Sequence record: PZ171035.1
Source of the DNA: a phage
DNA: 64,000 bases
Strand: one strand, 5' to 3'
Positions 38,301 through 47,718 of the stretch are shown here, in pieces (the first letter of the stretch is position 1; the number at the start of each line of letters is the position of its first letter). The position numbers were made by a program, and so were the translations under genes. Under the pieces are notes generated by a model that was given only the letters and a program-made list of their open reading frames with translations, was not told the origin of the DNA and searched no databases.

Positions 38301-39714
38301 TGCCAACCAGAGAAGCACCAGCCATGGTAGTACGAAGAGCAGGGCCAGCAGAAGCACCAACTGCTTTAACAGTTGTACCAGGAGCTTGAGCAACCCCAGC
38401 ACTACCGAATCCATAAAGTGCACCCAGACCTGCTTGCTCACCAACCCCTTTGAGGGTGTCACGGGATGCATCAACGTTTTCTTTGATTGCAGTATTCTGT
38501 GCGAACTGACCAAAGCCGGATTGAATACCTTCTTCGACTGTTTCACGTAGCATATTAGAACCAGCACCTGCCAGTGAACCTACCTTAAGTGGGTTAAGTT
38601 CAAAGCGAGATACCAGTGGACCGGTAGCAGCAGCAACTGGAGCAGTTAAGCCAGCAGCAATGATACCTGTTTCAGATGCAGTCTGACGACGTGCTTCATC
38701 AGGAGATAAACCATCAGCAATATGTTGTTGGTAAACAGGAGACTTACTTGCCAATTCTTGATGGGACATCTTCATGATTTCAGAAGCAGTCTGTTGGTAT
38801 GCACCACCAGCTTCCATACCACCGATTGCAATAGCAGGTGCAGCAACACGACCGGCAGACAATGCAACCTGTGCAGGACGTGAACCTAACCCAGCAGCTA
38901 AGGTAATACCCTTAACAGCTTTATCACCACCTACCATTACTTTACCAAGTGCAGATACACCACGAATAAGAGGACCACCAGTAAAGAGAGAACCAACACC
39001 TTCACTCAGTCCGTCAGAGGCAGCCATACCATTATCAAGTGTGTTAGCAACAGAATCGAAAGCGTCACGACCAATACGAGACAGGGAGGCAACCAAATCG
39101 CTGTCCCCATTTTTGATATCTTGTTCATAAAGTTTCTGGTTCTTTTGAGCAGAAATCTGGTTCTGATTCTGAACAACTTTACGGGTAGCATTCAGTGCAT
39201 CAGACTGTAGATTGTGTACACCTTCATTCAACCAATCCATCCCGGAAGCAATGGATGCCCCGGCATTATCATTGACCAGACCTGTGCCAAGAGCAGCAAT
39301 GCCCCCAAGGGTATTAGCAACACCAAGACCAACACCAGAAAGAGTATCGCCAAATGCTTCTGCGTTAGTACGCTGTTTAGATAAGTCCTGACGTACAACA
39401 TCAGCAGCATTAGCTCGGCTATTAATAATCTGTAGACCTTGTTCATTACCGTACTTATTAATGATTTCTAAAGGGGAGGCTTGAGTGAAATCTGCCTGAA
39501 GTGAACCTGGTTCGAATGCACCGATTCCAAGATTACCTACTCGTCCGGTCTGGAGATTGTAAGCATTCTCTGGGGTTAATTGGAAAGGGCTTTGCCCTTG
39601 TGCAGCTTGCTTCTGAGAGGTTGCAGTAGAGACATCGACTTGCTTAGCATTAGTGATGCTGTCTGCGAAACCTGCCAGACGGTCAAATGTTGACATAGCA
39701 TGTTTCCTGTTCAA
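29344..39714 (-). CDS. virion-encapsidated giant RNA polymerase (N4 vRNAP-like)
   Basis: Single 3456-aa ORF at the distal end of the late operon; size and position are the hallmark of N4-like phages (N4 vRNAP is ~3500 aa). Confidence 0.8.
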   Translation of the reverse strand: MNRKHAMSTFDRLAGFADSITNAKQVDVSTATSQKQAAQGQSPFQLTPENAYNLQTGRVGNLGIGAFEPGSLQADFTQASPLEIINKYGNEQGLQIINSRANAADVVRQDLSKQRTNAEAFGDTLSGVGLGVANTLGGIAALGTGLVNDNAGASIASGMDWLNEGVHNLQSDALNATRKVVQNQNQISAQKNQKLYEQDIKNGDSDLVASLSRIGRDAFDSVANTLDNGMAASDGLSEGVGSLFTGGPLIRGVSALGKVMVGGDKAVKGITLAAGLGSRPAQVALSAGRVAAPAIAIGGMEAGGAYQQTASEIMKMSHQELASKSPVYQQHIADGLSPDEARRQTASETGIIAAGLTAPVAAATGPLVSRFELNPLKVGSLAGAGSNMLRETVEEGIQSGFGQFAQNTAIKENVDASRDTLKGVGEQAGLGALYGFGSAGVAQAPGTTVKAVGASAGPALRTTMAGASLVGKTLAKAASPLTNILIQRGEEVAKRNEQASPVADATVNAAAQEAAAQAEQAQATVQEAVDAMDITPEEKAAATQYAADLTQAMKFDPVELEQANPAIREAVSGSTNRVEAIQKMADLVNTAEDPNVQMEAAIQMYDNIMSMDSFINRDPGALANLEQGSPAAAIVDQFSGLMANVQNTPKVLRAFRAIHSMIQEQAEAGKLKATEEANQAQANNIAMAADVSPEVLDADSVNMVLKHASEGKITLGNRQRAALQSAAALLQGAREFDAKAEELGLRPQDIVSKQIKTDESRSNEGQYSALQHAKRIRSAYNSGNFDLASAYLSDFMKFAQHMQNKVGALNEHLISGNADKNKSVHYQALSPSREWVRSRTGLGVNPYDTKSVKFAQQVGLEAKTVADIANALATAYPELNVSHVKVTSLDSRLNKPAAQVVKEFRQGGLDATQSQQTNEPVNQVDESPAPVQEDTTTVQPKAKPVVENKTAPTKETSPKTEEVSTTKPETVDAILKNEDTIQEVAETKTEMETVFPVYNNEKTPNQFLKAFTLPEEPKSRTIGSESPLTDIKQALSSAARFEAFTQKENNALTSDVIKRYQDLMDFGETLKTTLSERLAKFLANKNVGKRFAEGTEANRWVGGKLLNIVEQDGDTFKFNDQLLETAVLAGLQWRLTTTQNAAIKDMKDVAAITGVEASLLPEGILAEFENAQTLVEATNSLAQKIESYWGLNRNPNAPLGYTKGIPMAMATEILSSLIEMGEVKESMLDVSEIDPDSNKTVGLYTIEKLDDNDAINKFPTAIEEAVLLEPEEKMYFGDDIPSVAQTQLRNPAVKNTPEQKAALKAEQATEFRVHMPMVNFYEALGRDNILELMGAGTLNPELLNANTAKSLEGKNLSVSMAYDSLFGVINQIREQENGLDTPIHYGYNMTRVGRMQMLGKNNPQSSKLVREAILPTFSTIDLSNENSQAFSDFQLGLAQALGIKVHKMSREVMSEELTKALEGKLKPAVDMMVEFDKSGHLPTDAVDILKTSLGSDKSFVALMALMEYARYLNSDDRANFTTPLYVEADGVTNGPINAMVLMTGGKFTPDWIKNTAKGGLFFGRAGKTMNEHCSIDDNVDLYEASTNGLQQALNELRTTYRNNVPVMSQMNHLQKLMDLFIKDFNLNEDGTLDLKRGIAKNPLTITIYGSGARGIAGKMVSAITDTIYERFSDVLQARAADPSISPAMAMFGKEAASEADAQAMLDTFLTSMEALTGNVPVMRKGELSIQQVDGALTGKLDPQKFTVSGNALKNLQENMLHLFVEPMRTGIRNTVGEGLMHSTENLQKATQIQSLVLQDMFQQAVQAKLAEKEKDPTWKKGDFLTQKELNEIQESLSSLAPMIETGSQTFYIAGSENTDVANQVLATNLDDRMRVPMSIYAPSQAGVAGIPFMTIGTGDGMMMQTLSTMKGAPKNTLKIFDGMNIGINDITDASRKANEAVYTSWQGNPIKNVYDSYAKFMKNVDFSKLSDETKQAIAKSALEYDQREGATDDLLRVGAEQIERNLRNIALGVDIRHKVMDQVQVTVDQMAAVGAPYVNNGKISLEGLTVDQQVAKLNELFDAELNKRREAVRATKAEPVEEVPAMEQVGRVLKSGVRLLSNTAITKLAKEMSPEQQEVLKEIQKSLAAKDYKVVYGTPAQLDAYAIEKNITRPAPEDIEAAEAGNAYGWTNFEDKTIYLVTPSLETLVHELVHASTFESVLAHYEGTPNEAVQNIEDLMNQFRALDVRDESPAVREAYADALNTINGHLSNGFIEPAMAKAAALNEYMAWGLTNRELISKQKKTTALKTMVQAVYEAIKRLVFGRKKAPANAEDMFSGLLFNSAVVMRGQAPTAAVAKDTTLFHNKAYGENTRLEELGKTFDKLITNYIGSEPVQQVIRKGKFSDAVVNATKVTRDVQAHGFTMNMQEQRLFTNIVAALATEAAVNPAAMARAQEYYTHVTKNLTVEAFMADPDSTNPADRYYAQQKFDTIMGANNIEFDAQGRSSLLPTFVGLAMVSEEVRKVLADIPVMKADKKSGNTVDAMLTNIGTAAMASLNARVAGDTKATNVQEGMDALAQTIMQTSLNAESFYDSVATPTGNAIDRANQYLVDSIDVLSTRALEGAREVAANTNNPLVKGAAHAAQLVAAIATEKNGAIVAEGVMAAMNQGKVWQPFHDLVNDLTGRTKSNASVYDLIKAVRAQVQADRQQFREHLPTTIASKFSRKLTNDEWKVMHTGMGKTDLAVLRDTMSLAEIRDLLTDQKIVDREVNKLEADLQKQAGRNWPLINRKSKQLAQYMINGTVGKNLLRNATAISRMLGERQAARSTVDVAQLDKLITLYALEAMNKSDREMLSSLAQTEVDGMDFATSYLVGQRKDEMAKAKSDMRATLNQYKGHIPSETKQGVNLIVAEDSQFGDLIEKSYVRLGTYQGSSANRGPARSYYFAPVQAQAPFSQGILQNVRNTAGGVDLGTGFTMGTMVAGRITDKPSVDRITKALARGERGNEPLLPVYDANGNVVAYEQSIDPNMLKHIEGENHLARAIGVWRGRQVEEAKAQRFNDMLIENLHSMYENDIKMSASNKSQYVNLLGSKLDPVTADALKLMNSETRQKAESLFGPGELWVRRDMLNDALGYRAASVGDAWSGNSRWSPETLDTFKKAMLGVFGNRAYKYVMGGENLVQNLVKEAKTLIVVKSVVVPAVNFLANLYQMVARGVPVKNIAKSIPQKTAEINQYLKSRLRQVDAEAELRAATNPNQIRKLKAEIQSITDSHKRLSIWPLLEAGEFSSIADAGIGRDDILITEGKLHEYMDKLADKLPKSVRNAGRYALITKDTALFQSIQKTVEYSDFIAKAIIYDELTQRKGKTREEALGRVTEEFINYDRLPGRFRGYMESVGLMWFYNFKIRSAKVAVSMIRNNPVHAAMAMLAPTPTMFGNVGLPIQDNIFSIAAQGNLGYSFGFGQGLRAHTLNPWLNLTN

Positions 39715-39790
39715 ACTTATATCGTATATAGGTAACTTACTCTACAGTAAGCCAGTTAAAGAAAAAAGCCCCGTAGGGCTTTTATTAGTA

Positions 39791-41755
39791 TTACCGATTT
39801 TGTCTTGGTTGCATATACTCAGGCAGTCCTTGTGCCTGACGTAAGTACCGTGCAGCACGTTCTTCATCTTCCTTGGCTCGTGCCCTGTCCACACTAGCCT
39901 GTGACTGAAAACCTCTTGGAGCCAGGTTAGCTGGGTCAGCTTGTACTTGTGCCTGTGCAGCTTGGAGCATTGCAGCAGCTTTAGTAACAGCCTCCTGTCG
40001 TGCAGGTAACAGTGCAGTAAGACCACTTTGTCCGGTGTTAATCTTATTCTGGGTATTTGCCAGTGCAGCTACAGCAGCATCATATGCAGTCTGTGCTGCC
40101 TGAATGTTCTGCATAGCCTGAGCACGACCTAGGTTACGAACACTACCTTCTAATGGTTCACCTCGTTTTACACCCTCAATTAACTGTTCTACCTGACGGT
40201 CATTAAGACGCATACCATTACCGGCTTCATTGGTAATGAATGGGTTAACTGCATCAATAGCACGACTAATATAACCTTCCGGTACACCAGTCTGTGCACG
40301 TTGCATAACAGCAGCAGCCATAGCTGGTGACATATTCCCACGTTGGGAAATATCATTCAGTCGGTTCAGTACCCAGTTACGGTCAGCACCTTTAAAGTCA
40401 CCCTCCAACAGACGGTTAGCAATCTCACCTACTGGGGTATTATCGGTGACAGTACCAAGGAAGTCAGTGTTAAGACTACCGGTGTTATCCTGCATAGAGC
40501 GAGTACCAATCATACCTTGAGCCAGAGTAGATACTGCCTGATTGCCCTGATTATTCTGAACCATAGCGAGAGGGTCAGCCCCCACTTCTGCTTGAGCAAT
40601 AACAGGTTTAATCTGTTCCCAAGTCATATCCTTATAAGCACCTGGAGCAGAGTTAGGGAGTGCAGCCCAAGTATCTTTAAGGTTACCGTTCTTACGGGCC
40701 TCGAAGATAGCCTTACCAATCTTATCCTGGTTCTCAGGAGAAAGAGGCTGGCTTTGCCAATCTGAACCAAGAACTTTAGGAGCGAAGTCTTTCAGAGTAG
40801 CTTGGTTAATCTGGAATGCACCAACAGGTGAAGCACCTTGGTTCTTCTTCATACCATCCTGGTGTTTAATTACATCACCAATACTCATTTGAGTAATAGG
40901 AGTAGATGTACTGGCAAACTGGTAAGTAACATCATAAGGAGAACCCTGACGAGTACCAGCAGTACCTGGAGCAGATGTAGCACCAACATTATTACCGTAA
41001 ACACCCGGGTATGCTCGTGCAAGCATTTCCTGCAAACGTGCCTGTGCAACCGGGGACAGGTTCTTACTATATGCTTCTGCCAACAGACGGGCATCATTAG
41101 GGTTCTCAGCACCACGAGTAATCTGTGACATTACACCCATAGCTGCCTGACTATCAGCATCATTACGTTGGGCAACACCTAAATCAAAACGGTTCTGTGC
41201 CTGATTAATAGCCTGACCACCCTGACCTTGAAGACGACCCAACATGTCCAATTGTTGGTCAGCAGGGAGTGCAGACAGTGCATCACGGGTCTGACTTAAT
41301 GCAGCATTAATACGGTTCTGGTCGCCGGACTGATAAGCCTCAGACAGCAAACGAATAGCTGGGGAAGCATTATCTAATGCAGTGTTAGTATCCTGTAAAC
41401 GACCAAAGCGATATGCATTGTAGTCATTGGTTCCCTGCTGACCTTGTTGGGTCAGTAATGTACCTGCTCGCTCATCCAGATTCTGGAGAGTACGTTGGTT
41501 TACCAATGAGGGGTCAACCCCCTGAAACAGTGCACCGGATGCTAAAGCATTACGGTACTCATTCGGGTCTTGATACTGCATAGCATTCATCATGACGGCA
41601 TTGCCAGCCTCCTGCTTGGCAGCGTTCTGGAAATTACCCAGTGCATCACTTAAGCCGGAGGTGGCGTTACCAATCATGCTGCCAAATGTGCGAATGCTGT
41701 CACCAACTCCAGAGAAGTTAGGTGCATCAACATTTCTCCACGTTATCTGAGCCAT
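39791..41755 (-). CDS. virion structural / internal protein
   Basis: 654-aa ORF adjacent to vRNAP in the late operon. Confidence 0.45.
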   Translation of the reverse strand: MAQITWRNVDAPNFSGVGDSIRTFGSMIGNATSGLSDALGNFQNAAKQEAGNAVMMNAMQYQDPNEYRNALASGALFQGVDPSLVNQRTLQNLDERAGTLLTQQGQQGTNDYNAYRFGRLQDTNTALDNASPAIRLLSEAYQSGDQNRINAALSQTRDALSALPADQQLDMLGRLQGQGGQAINQAQNRFDLGVAQRNDADSQAAMGVMSQITRGAENPNDARLLAEAYSKNLSPVAQARLQEMLARAYPGVYGNNVGATSAPGTAGTRQGSPYDVTYQFASTSTPITQMSIGDVIKHQDGMKKNQGASPVGAFQINQATLKDFAPKVLGSDWQSQPLSPENQDKIGKAIFEARKNGNLKDTWAALPNSAPGAYKDMTWEQIKPVIAQAEVGADPLAMVQNNQGNQAVSTLAQGMIGTRSMQDNTGSLNTDFLGTVTDNTPVGEIANRLLEGDFKGADRNWVLNRLNDISQRGNMSPAMAAAVMQRAQTGVPEGYISRAIDAVNPFITNEAGNGMRLNDRQVEQLIEGVKRGEPLEGSVRNLGRAQAMQNIQAAQTAYDAAVAALANTQNKINTGQSGLTALLPARQEAVTKAAAMLQAAQAQVQADPANLAPRGFQSQASVDRARAKEDEERAARYLRQAQGLPEYMQPRQNR

Positions 41756-41767
41756 GATGGTTTCCTA

Positions 41768-42232
41768 TTAACGAGTTAGTTTATTAGCAGCAATGTAAGC
41801 ATCAGCCGAAGACTGGTCACGGTTCTCTGCTGTAGCACGGCTACGAGCACGGTCTTCCAGTGCAGTGTTATAAGACTTAATCTGGTTATTCAGGTTAGTG
41901 TTAGTAACACTCTTAGTAAAGTTCAACTGGTCTTTGGCTAACTTGTTAGCCTGGAAACCACTATAGATACCAGCTAAGGAACCAAGTGCACCAAGTCCTA
42001 GTTGAAAGGTGGGTACGTTCATACCCAACTGATTAGCTGAACCAGATAAGAAGGAAGTTGGGGAAGCCACTCCTGTACCTGCATTCATACCAATAGCTGC
42101 ACCAGGGGTATAGTTCATAGCTGGGGTATTAAAGTTCTGATTGTTATTAGACATCCAAGACATAGCAGCTGGCTGTGGGGTTTGGTTGCCTGTTAAGAAT
42201 GACAAATCCATGAGGATTCTCCTGTTAAACAA
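41768..42232 (-). CDS. virion structural protein
   Basis: 154-aa ORF in the late operon. Confidence 0.4.
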   Translation of the reverse strand: MFNRRILMDLSFLTGNQTPQPAAMSWMSNNNQNFNTPAMNYTPGAAIGMNAGTGVASPTSFLSGSANQLGMNVPTFQLGLGALGSLAGIYSGFQANKLAKDQLNFTKSVTNTNLNNQIKSYNTALEDRARSRATAENRDQSSADAYIAANKLTR

Positions 42233-44879
42233 GGTCTGTATTAAGAGTCATATCAGAGTAGCTTCCAATCATGTTTAAAGACATGTCAGCTATATCTGAA
42301 CCAGTCATGAGAGTACGTGAGAGGAAAGAATCCATCGACTCCATTGACACAAATTGCATAGGGTCAATTACACCCTGCCCAGCAGTACCAAACATTTCTT
42401 CATACTGCTTATTGATTGCCATCATATCAGTATTGTACTGCTGCATTACATTCTCTGCTTTCTGAATAGTAGCAGCCGTAGATGCATTAATATACTGACT
42501 AATACCATTACCCACTGAACTGGTAAGTTGCATTATGTTCTGAGCATTCATCATTTCACTGGCTAAGGTAGATAAAGATGTACCAGTAGATAAAGCAGTA
42601 CCAACATTCATAGCTACCATTGAAGCAACAGCAGCAATGATAAAACCTAGCTTATCACCAAACAGTGAAGTAGATACTTTAGTGACAATAGATATCATAA
42701 TCATTGCAGCAATGGCGTTTGCTACAGCACCCACTATTACAGCAGCTAATCCAACAAAACCAAGTGATGCGCCAACTGCACTGTAAGCCCCAAGAATACC
42801 TGCACCACCAGCACCCATAGTGAATACAGATACAACGACAGCAACTACAACGACCACTATCTTAAAGACAGAAGTTTGATACCACTTCTTCTTAACCTTC
42901 TTATACGAGTTCATTACTAAGTAGGAACAGGCAGTAGACAGTTGAGTACTACGAGTCAGTGACATTGAACGGTAGATGTTAGTGTGTAGTGGAATAATGA
43001 ATCCACTCTCTTCTGCATCACCCATTGCTTCAGCAACATCAATGTTCACTGATTTATTTTTATATACTCTATTGTTGTGGTTTAGGCCCAATACCCTAAG
43101 TTTACGATAAGTGTTATTACCATCCTGCCAAAGCAACTCATACTCCTGCATGGAATAAAACGTAGTGGTAACTTCCAGTTTCTTAGTAGAACCAGAGTTA
43201 CTGGCAGTACGTATGTTCTTACGGGTAAGAGTTATATCCCCTGCATATCTGGCTCGAAGTTGTCCTTGTTTAGCACCAGTCCATGCTTCACCTGAATGGG
43301 TAGTTTCAGACACATAGTTCCAACCAATAGTCATGTCATACTTATATTGCTTATTACTATGTACCCTAAACTCTCGCTTAGGTATGACAGGGTATTCTGG
43401 CAAGGGTGGAGGTGTTCCAACAGTTTGTCCTTCATACCTGTTCCACCATTCCACATATGCATCAACTGCATCATTTGCTGCCTGATAACCTGCAATCACT
43501 GCTTCCAGTGTAGGGTAGGTTGGATCAGGTGGGAATGCTTCAGTAGCCATCTGAAAGAAACGGTAGATGTATTCCTTAGCAGTATCTTCTGGAGTATTAA
43601 GAGATACACCGAATGTGCCATAGATGTATTGAATATCACCTATGTCGTCATTCTTCTTAAGCTCAGTCACTACTTTATCAAGCTTACCACCAGTAGCTTT
43701 ATAGAGTGCCTTCTTACAGTGAGGGTAGATTGGGTCATTCTCTACCCATTGTTTATCATTCCTGATTGGAATGAATGGATAGAATCGGTTATCGGTAGCT
43801 TCAGTCTCAAACAGTGAATCAAGTACAACGTTACCTGAGTTATGCTTATAGATAAGCATCTTAGGTGTACCAACAGCAGTCATCTCAGTATCAGTGCGAG
43901 TAGTCTGGGATGAGTACTTACGAACCAGTGTCTCTGTAGTTGTAGTGATTGTATCTGTGCGAGTAACACCACCACCTAAATCAACAACATTGGTAGTTAC
44001 AGTAGTACTGGATTGAACCTCACCAAACTTTGTATGAGTCATTACCCTATCAGATACAACCACAGTTACATCATCAGGTTTCTCAGTAAATCCTCTACGG
44101 TAAACCTTAACGTAAGAGTTCCAGTTATCCACACTTGGTTCAGTAACAGTACTGTCTTCATCCGGCCTACCATCAGAGTAAACAGAATGAGTCTGTATAG
44201 TCTTAGTAAGATTGGTTGTATTAGCTGTCGTATCACTTGAGATGGTAGTCCATAGCAGGGTAGATGGTAAGTCATCCTCGTCATCGTAGACAGTAGTCGG
44301 CCCTACTACAGGTGGATTAGTAGTAGGGGACTTATAGAATGTGTAATCAGCATAGAGATACAAAGCACCTGGTTCAAAGTTAGTAGGTGTGAATGTAATA
44401 GTAGAACCTCCATCCAGGGAGGTCATAGTAATTTCATTGGTATCTTCATCAATGTCTACGTCGAATCGTTCCATGATTCGACTTGGGGCATTCTCATAAA
44501 GATACTGGTCACACCATTGCTCAAAATCAGCAAAGCCAATCTCTGCTGCCTGAACATAGACTGATTCTCCAGCAGGTGGGATAATTTGACCCTCTATAAC
44601 AGTAGGGTCAATCTTAGCCAGTACACCTAATGAAGAACCTGCCATACCAACTTCTGAATCATAGTGATTCTTACTCCAGCTAGAGAACAGTCGCATACGA
44701 ATACCCGGTCCGTTCAGATAACTATCAGAGATAGTGTCTGCCATAGTGAAGCCTGTATCAGCAACAATCTTACCGATGACTACAGTCTTCATATAGTTTG
44801 GACGTTTGTGTATATCCCCTGCCATGTTATAGACAGAAGATGCTACGTATACTTTGGTCTTCCCACTGAATAAGCCCAT
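42225..44879 (-). CDS. large virion protein with C-terminal multi-pass hydrophobic region
   Basis: 884 aa; segment VVVVVAVVVSVFTMGAGGAGILGAYSAVGASLGFVGLAAVIVGAVANAIAAMIMISIV. Confidence 0.45.
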   Translation of the reverse strand: MGLFSGKTKVYVASSVYNMAGDIHKRPNYMKTVVIGKIVADTGFTMADTISDSYLNGPGIRMRLFSSWSKNHYDSEVGMAGSSLGVLAKIDPTVIEGQIIPPAGESVYVQAAEIGFADFEQWCDQYLYENAPSRIMERFDVDIDEDTNEITMTSLDGGSTITFTPTNFEPGALYLYADYTFYKSPTTNPPVVGPTTVYDDEDDLPSTLLWTTISSDTTANTTNLTKTIQTHSVYSDGRPDEDSTVTEPSVDNWNSYVKVYRRGFTEKPDDVTVVVSDRVMTHTKFGEVQSSTTVTTNVVDLGGGVTRTDTITTTTETLVRKYSSQTTRTDTEMTAVGTPKMLIYKHNSGNVVLDSLFETEATDNRFYPFIPIRNDKQWVENDPIYPHCKKALYKATGGKLDKVVTELKKNDDIGDIQYIYGTFGVSLNTPEDTAKEYIYRFFQMATEAFPPDPTYPTLEAVIAGYQAANDAVDAYVEWWNRYEGQTVGTPPPLPEYPVIPKREFRVHSNKQYKYDMTIGWNYVSETTHSGEAWTGAKQGQLRARYAGDITLTRKNIRTASNSGSTKKLEVTTTFYSMQEYELLWQDGNNTYRKLRVLGLNHNNRVYKNKSVNIDVAEAMGDAEESGFIIPLHTNIYRSMSLTRSTQLSTACSYLVMNSYKKVKKKWYQTSVFKIVVVVVAVVVSVFTMGAGGAGILGAYSAVGASLGFVGLAAVIVGAVANAIAAMIMISIVTKVSTSLFGDKLGFIIAAVASMVAMNVGTALSTGTSLSTLASEMMNAQNIMQLTSSVGNGISQYINASTAATIQKAENVMQQYNTDMMAINKQYEEMFGTAGQGVIDPMQFVSMESMDSFLSRTLMTGSDIADMSLNMIGSYSDMTLNTDLV

Positions 44880-44880
44880 A

Positions 44881-45723
44881 TTAGTTCAGCCCGTTGTTAG
44901 TCTTCAGCTTGGTCAGAATGGTATCAATACTTGCATTAGTAAAACCATTAGGTGGGTTCAAGCCTTCATCAATAGTTTTCTGTGTAATCCATGCATCAGT
45001 GAACAGCTTAGCTGCTTTAACCTCTGCATCACGCTGGTAAGAAGTAATCTGTTGGGAATACAATTCTTTCTGCTTACCAATAGATCCAAGAATAGGTAAT
45101 GCATCAGAACGGGTTTCTTGGGTCTGTGCACGTTGTACTTCATATTGTTCCTGTATCAAACGTTCTTGTGCAGGAAGAATTTTTTCTGAAGTATATAGTG
45201 CAGCACAGTATGTTTCAGACTCAGTAGCAATCTTCATCTTAGTGAGAGCATATTCACTCTTAGCAGCCAGTGCCTGAATCTTAGCCAGTACAAACTGTGC
45301 CTTAGAGGTTGCCAGTTGAACACGTGCAGTAACTGCCTGAATCTGTGCCATAGCAGCAGCCCAGTATGCTTGGTCACGACCAAGTAAGAACTGAACAGCA
45401 TTACTCATGCACGATTCCATCATAGCAATGTATGCTTTGGTGTATTCACCACCGGTAATACGGTTAGCTTTAAACTCAGCTTTAAGGTGATTGTGTGCAG
45501 ATTCCATTAATGCATCAAACGTACCACTACCACCTACTTCACGCGTAGTAAGTGATTCATTTGTTACTTTAGTAATAGCATCAAAGATTAGGGAATTATC
45601 ACCACCAGGGATATCCCATTCAGGGCCAGACATATCAATGTCAGGAAGGGTAAAGTCATCACCCTTAGTTAACTCTTCTAGGAGTCGGTTAGCTTCTACC
45701 TCAGCAGAACAAGACATAATCAT
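44881..45723 (-). CDS. virion structural protein
   Basis: 280-aa ORF in the late operon. Confidence 0.4.
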   Translation of the reverse strand: MIMSCSAEVEANRLLEELTKGDDFTLPDIDMSGPEWDIPGGDNSLIFDAITKVTNESLTTREVGGSGTFDALMESAHNHLKAEFKANRITGGEYTKAYIAMMESCMSNAVQFLLGRDQAYWAAAMAQIQAVTARVQLATSKAQFVLAKIQALAAKSEYALTKMKIATESETYCAALYTSEKILPAQERLIQEQYEVQRAQTQETRSDALPILGSIGKQKELYSQQITSYQRDAEVKAAKLFTDAWITQKTIDEGLNPPNGFTNASIDTILTKLKTNNGLN

Positions 45724-45793
45724 TCCTCTTGGTTCAAAAAGAAACGGCCCACGGAGTTACCCCAGTGAGCCGTGTTGAACTGTAGCTTATACG

Positions 45794-46432
45794 TTAATCG
45801 TTAAGGCTACCAGCAGCAATCTGTGCTTGAGCCAGTTGAGCCAATTCAGCTTCCGTCAACGGAGGCAGTACTTCAATGGAGAACTCACGTGCTTCTGTTG
45901 CACGGATGTCTGGTAAGCCATTCTTACCTTTACGAGTCGTAATGTTGATGAACTTACGCTCTTTAAGAAACTCATAGATACAATACGGAATATGATAACC
46001 ATTGTCGGTTACTTCACCGAACGGAACAAACTTACGTACAGTACCCATATATTCGTTAGCTACGGTGATAATCTCACCCGGCAGGTCTTTCTTCTTAGGG
46101 TCAAGGTTCTGGATACGTACACGAATCAGTCGAGTCTGTTCTGCACGAATCTTCTGACCCAGGGTCATCTTCTTAACACCAGCTTCTTGTTTTTCACCAA
46201 GCGGGTTAACAGTAGCTTCTACTACTGGTTCATCTTTTACTTGTGCAGCTTCAATCTTCTCACGAAGCTTCTCAACGGAAATGTTGTTAGAGAACTTGAT
46301 ATTCATCAACGTTGCACGTTGCTTAAGAACTTCAAGTTCGCTAGGCATTGCAATATCGTTAACGGTATCTTCGTTGCCCTGTACGTTCACTTCTACGTCA
46401 GTGGTCGGTTTATCGTTAATGCTCATGTTCAT
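45794..46432 (-). CDS. structural protein
   Basis: 212-aa ORF immediately downstream of the capsid gene. Confidence 0.4.
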   Translation of the reverse strand: MNMSINDKPTTDVEVNVQGNEDTVNDIAMPSELEVLKQRATLMNIKFSNNISVEKLREKIEAAQVKDEPVVEATVNPLGEKQEAGVKKMTLGQKIRAEQTRLIRVRIQNLDPKKKDLPGEIITVANEYMGTVRKFVPFGEVTDNGYHIPYCIYEFLKERKFINITTRKGKNGLPDIRATEAREFSIEVLPPLTEAELAQLAQAQIAAGSLND

Positions 46433-46462
46433 ATTTCCTGTGGTTCATTTAGTTTTATTAAG

Positions 46463-46490
46463 AGGGGGACATAAGTCCCCCTTGTTTTAT
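46463..46490 (+). terminator. hairpin with T-run on the + strand, inside the – strand operon
   Basis: AGGGGGAC-ATAA-GTCCCCCT followed by TGTTTTATTT on +; A-rich on the – strand side. Confidence 0.4.
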
Positions 46491-46499
46491 TTCGGACTA

Positions 46500-47702
46500 T
46501 TACAGAGGAGCAACAGTCTTAATCAGAGCCAGACGTTCTGGGCGTTTAACCAGGATACCATAGTACCACTTGATAGAACTGAATCCAGTTTCACCATACG
46601 GGTCATTACGGTCAGCAGTTTCTTTACCAGGCATCTTAGTCATGATGGTGAACTTAACAGACTTACCATCAGTCTGGAAGCCAATGGTAGAGAAGGAATC
46701 ATCACCAACTACCAGCATCGGGAATACGTCGTAGTGCTCCTGACCAGATACCATAGAGGTACGATAACCTGGGTTAGTACCAACCTGAGCACCAGCACCT
46801 GCCCAATGCAGCATCTCAGGAACCTGGATAATACGGAACTTATCAATACAACCGATTTCACCATTCATCAGTGTACCAGCATCAGCATAGTGCTGAACTT
46901 CGATGAATGCTTTGTTACCAAACAGGTCCTTCATCGCTTTCAGTTCTGGAACCAGTTCAGAACCAACGTACATTACACGAGTACCACCGAGCACTTTGGT
47001 ATCAGTAAGTTTAGAACCAGTGATGATAGTAGTCTGAGTCGGAGTACGGTTCTCAGTAAGAATCTGGTCAAGACGCATCAGGTTCTTATAAGAAACTACA
47101 GACGGGGTAGCACCTTCACCAGTGATGGTAGCATCGGAGGTAGCAGCACCTGCATACAGTACAGTACCAGCAGCAGCCAACAGGTCTTTCTGGAGAACAG
47201 CTTCAGTCAACTGTACAGCACCGTTCATCAGTTCACGAGACAGGTGTTCTTTCAGTTGATCATCAGAATCAAAGTCCAGAGACTCTTGAGTAAATTCATA
47301 GAAGAAACCGAACTTATGGATGGAACCTTCACGAGACAGACGGGTAAAGCCTACACGGTTAACACGACCACCGTTCTCTGTCAGCAGAGGCAGTTTAGAG
47401 GTGATATTACCAACGTCTCTGGAAGAACCATACAGGTTACCGTTAACGATGGTAGCACCATTAGCATCAATACCCTGGTCGTTGATGTTCTTATAGTCAA
47501 GCAGCGGAACGTACTCATACACCTTAACAGTCTTACCGTAGTTCTTCGGCATGTTAATGGTGTTGGCCAGTGGCATGAAGTACTGGTCTTTACGGGACTG
47601 AATAATAGCTTTCTTCAGCCAGTAATAGGTATTCATCTGGTCGGAACCAGCACCATCAATGCTAGATTTCTGGCCGTCAATTGGGGCGTTATAGTTTAAC
47701 AT
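46500..47702 (-). CDS. major capsid protein
   Basis: 400 aa (N4 major capsid protein is ~401 aa); position between portal and vRNAP block. Confidence 0.6.
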   Translation of the reverse strand: MLNYNAPIDGQKSSIDGAGSDQMNTYYWLKKAIIQSRKDQYFMPLANTINMPKNYGKTVKVYEYVPLLDYKNINDQGIDANGATIVNGNLYGSSRDVGNITSKLPLLTENGGRVNRVGFTRLSREGSIHKFGFFYEFTQESLDFDSDDQLKEHLSRELMNGAVQLTEAVLQKDLLAAAGTVLYAGAATSDATITGEGATPSVVSYKNLMRLDQILTENRTPTQTTIITGSKLTDTKVLGGTRVMYVGSELVPELKAMKDLFGNKAFIEVQHYADAGTLMNGEIGCIDKFRIIQVPEMLHWAGAGAQVGTNPGYRTSMVSGQEHYDVFPMLVVGDDSFSTIGFQTDGKSVKFTIMTKMPGKETADRNDPYGETGFSSIKWYYGILVKRPERLALIKTVAPL

Positions 47703-47718
47703 ATCATCTTATTCCTGT

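Noticed and set aside
29392-39446. Numerous 60-140 aa ORFs on the + strand antisense to the vRNAP gene (e.g. 29392-29703, 37066-37482, 38774-39130)
   Set aside because: All lie entirely within the single 10.4-kb – strand ORF, have low-complexity or random-looking translations and no RBS context; treated as shadow ORFs.
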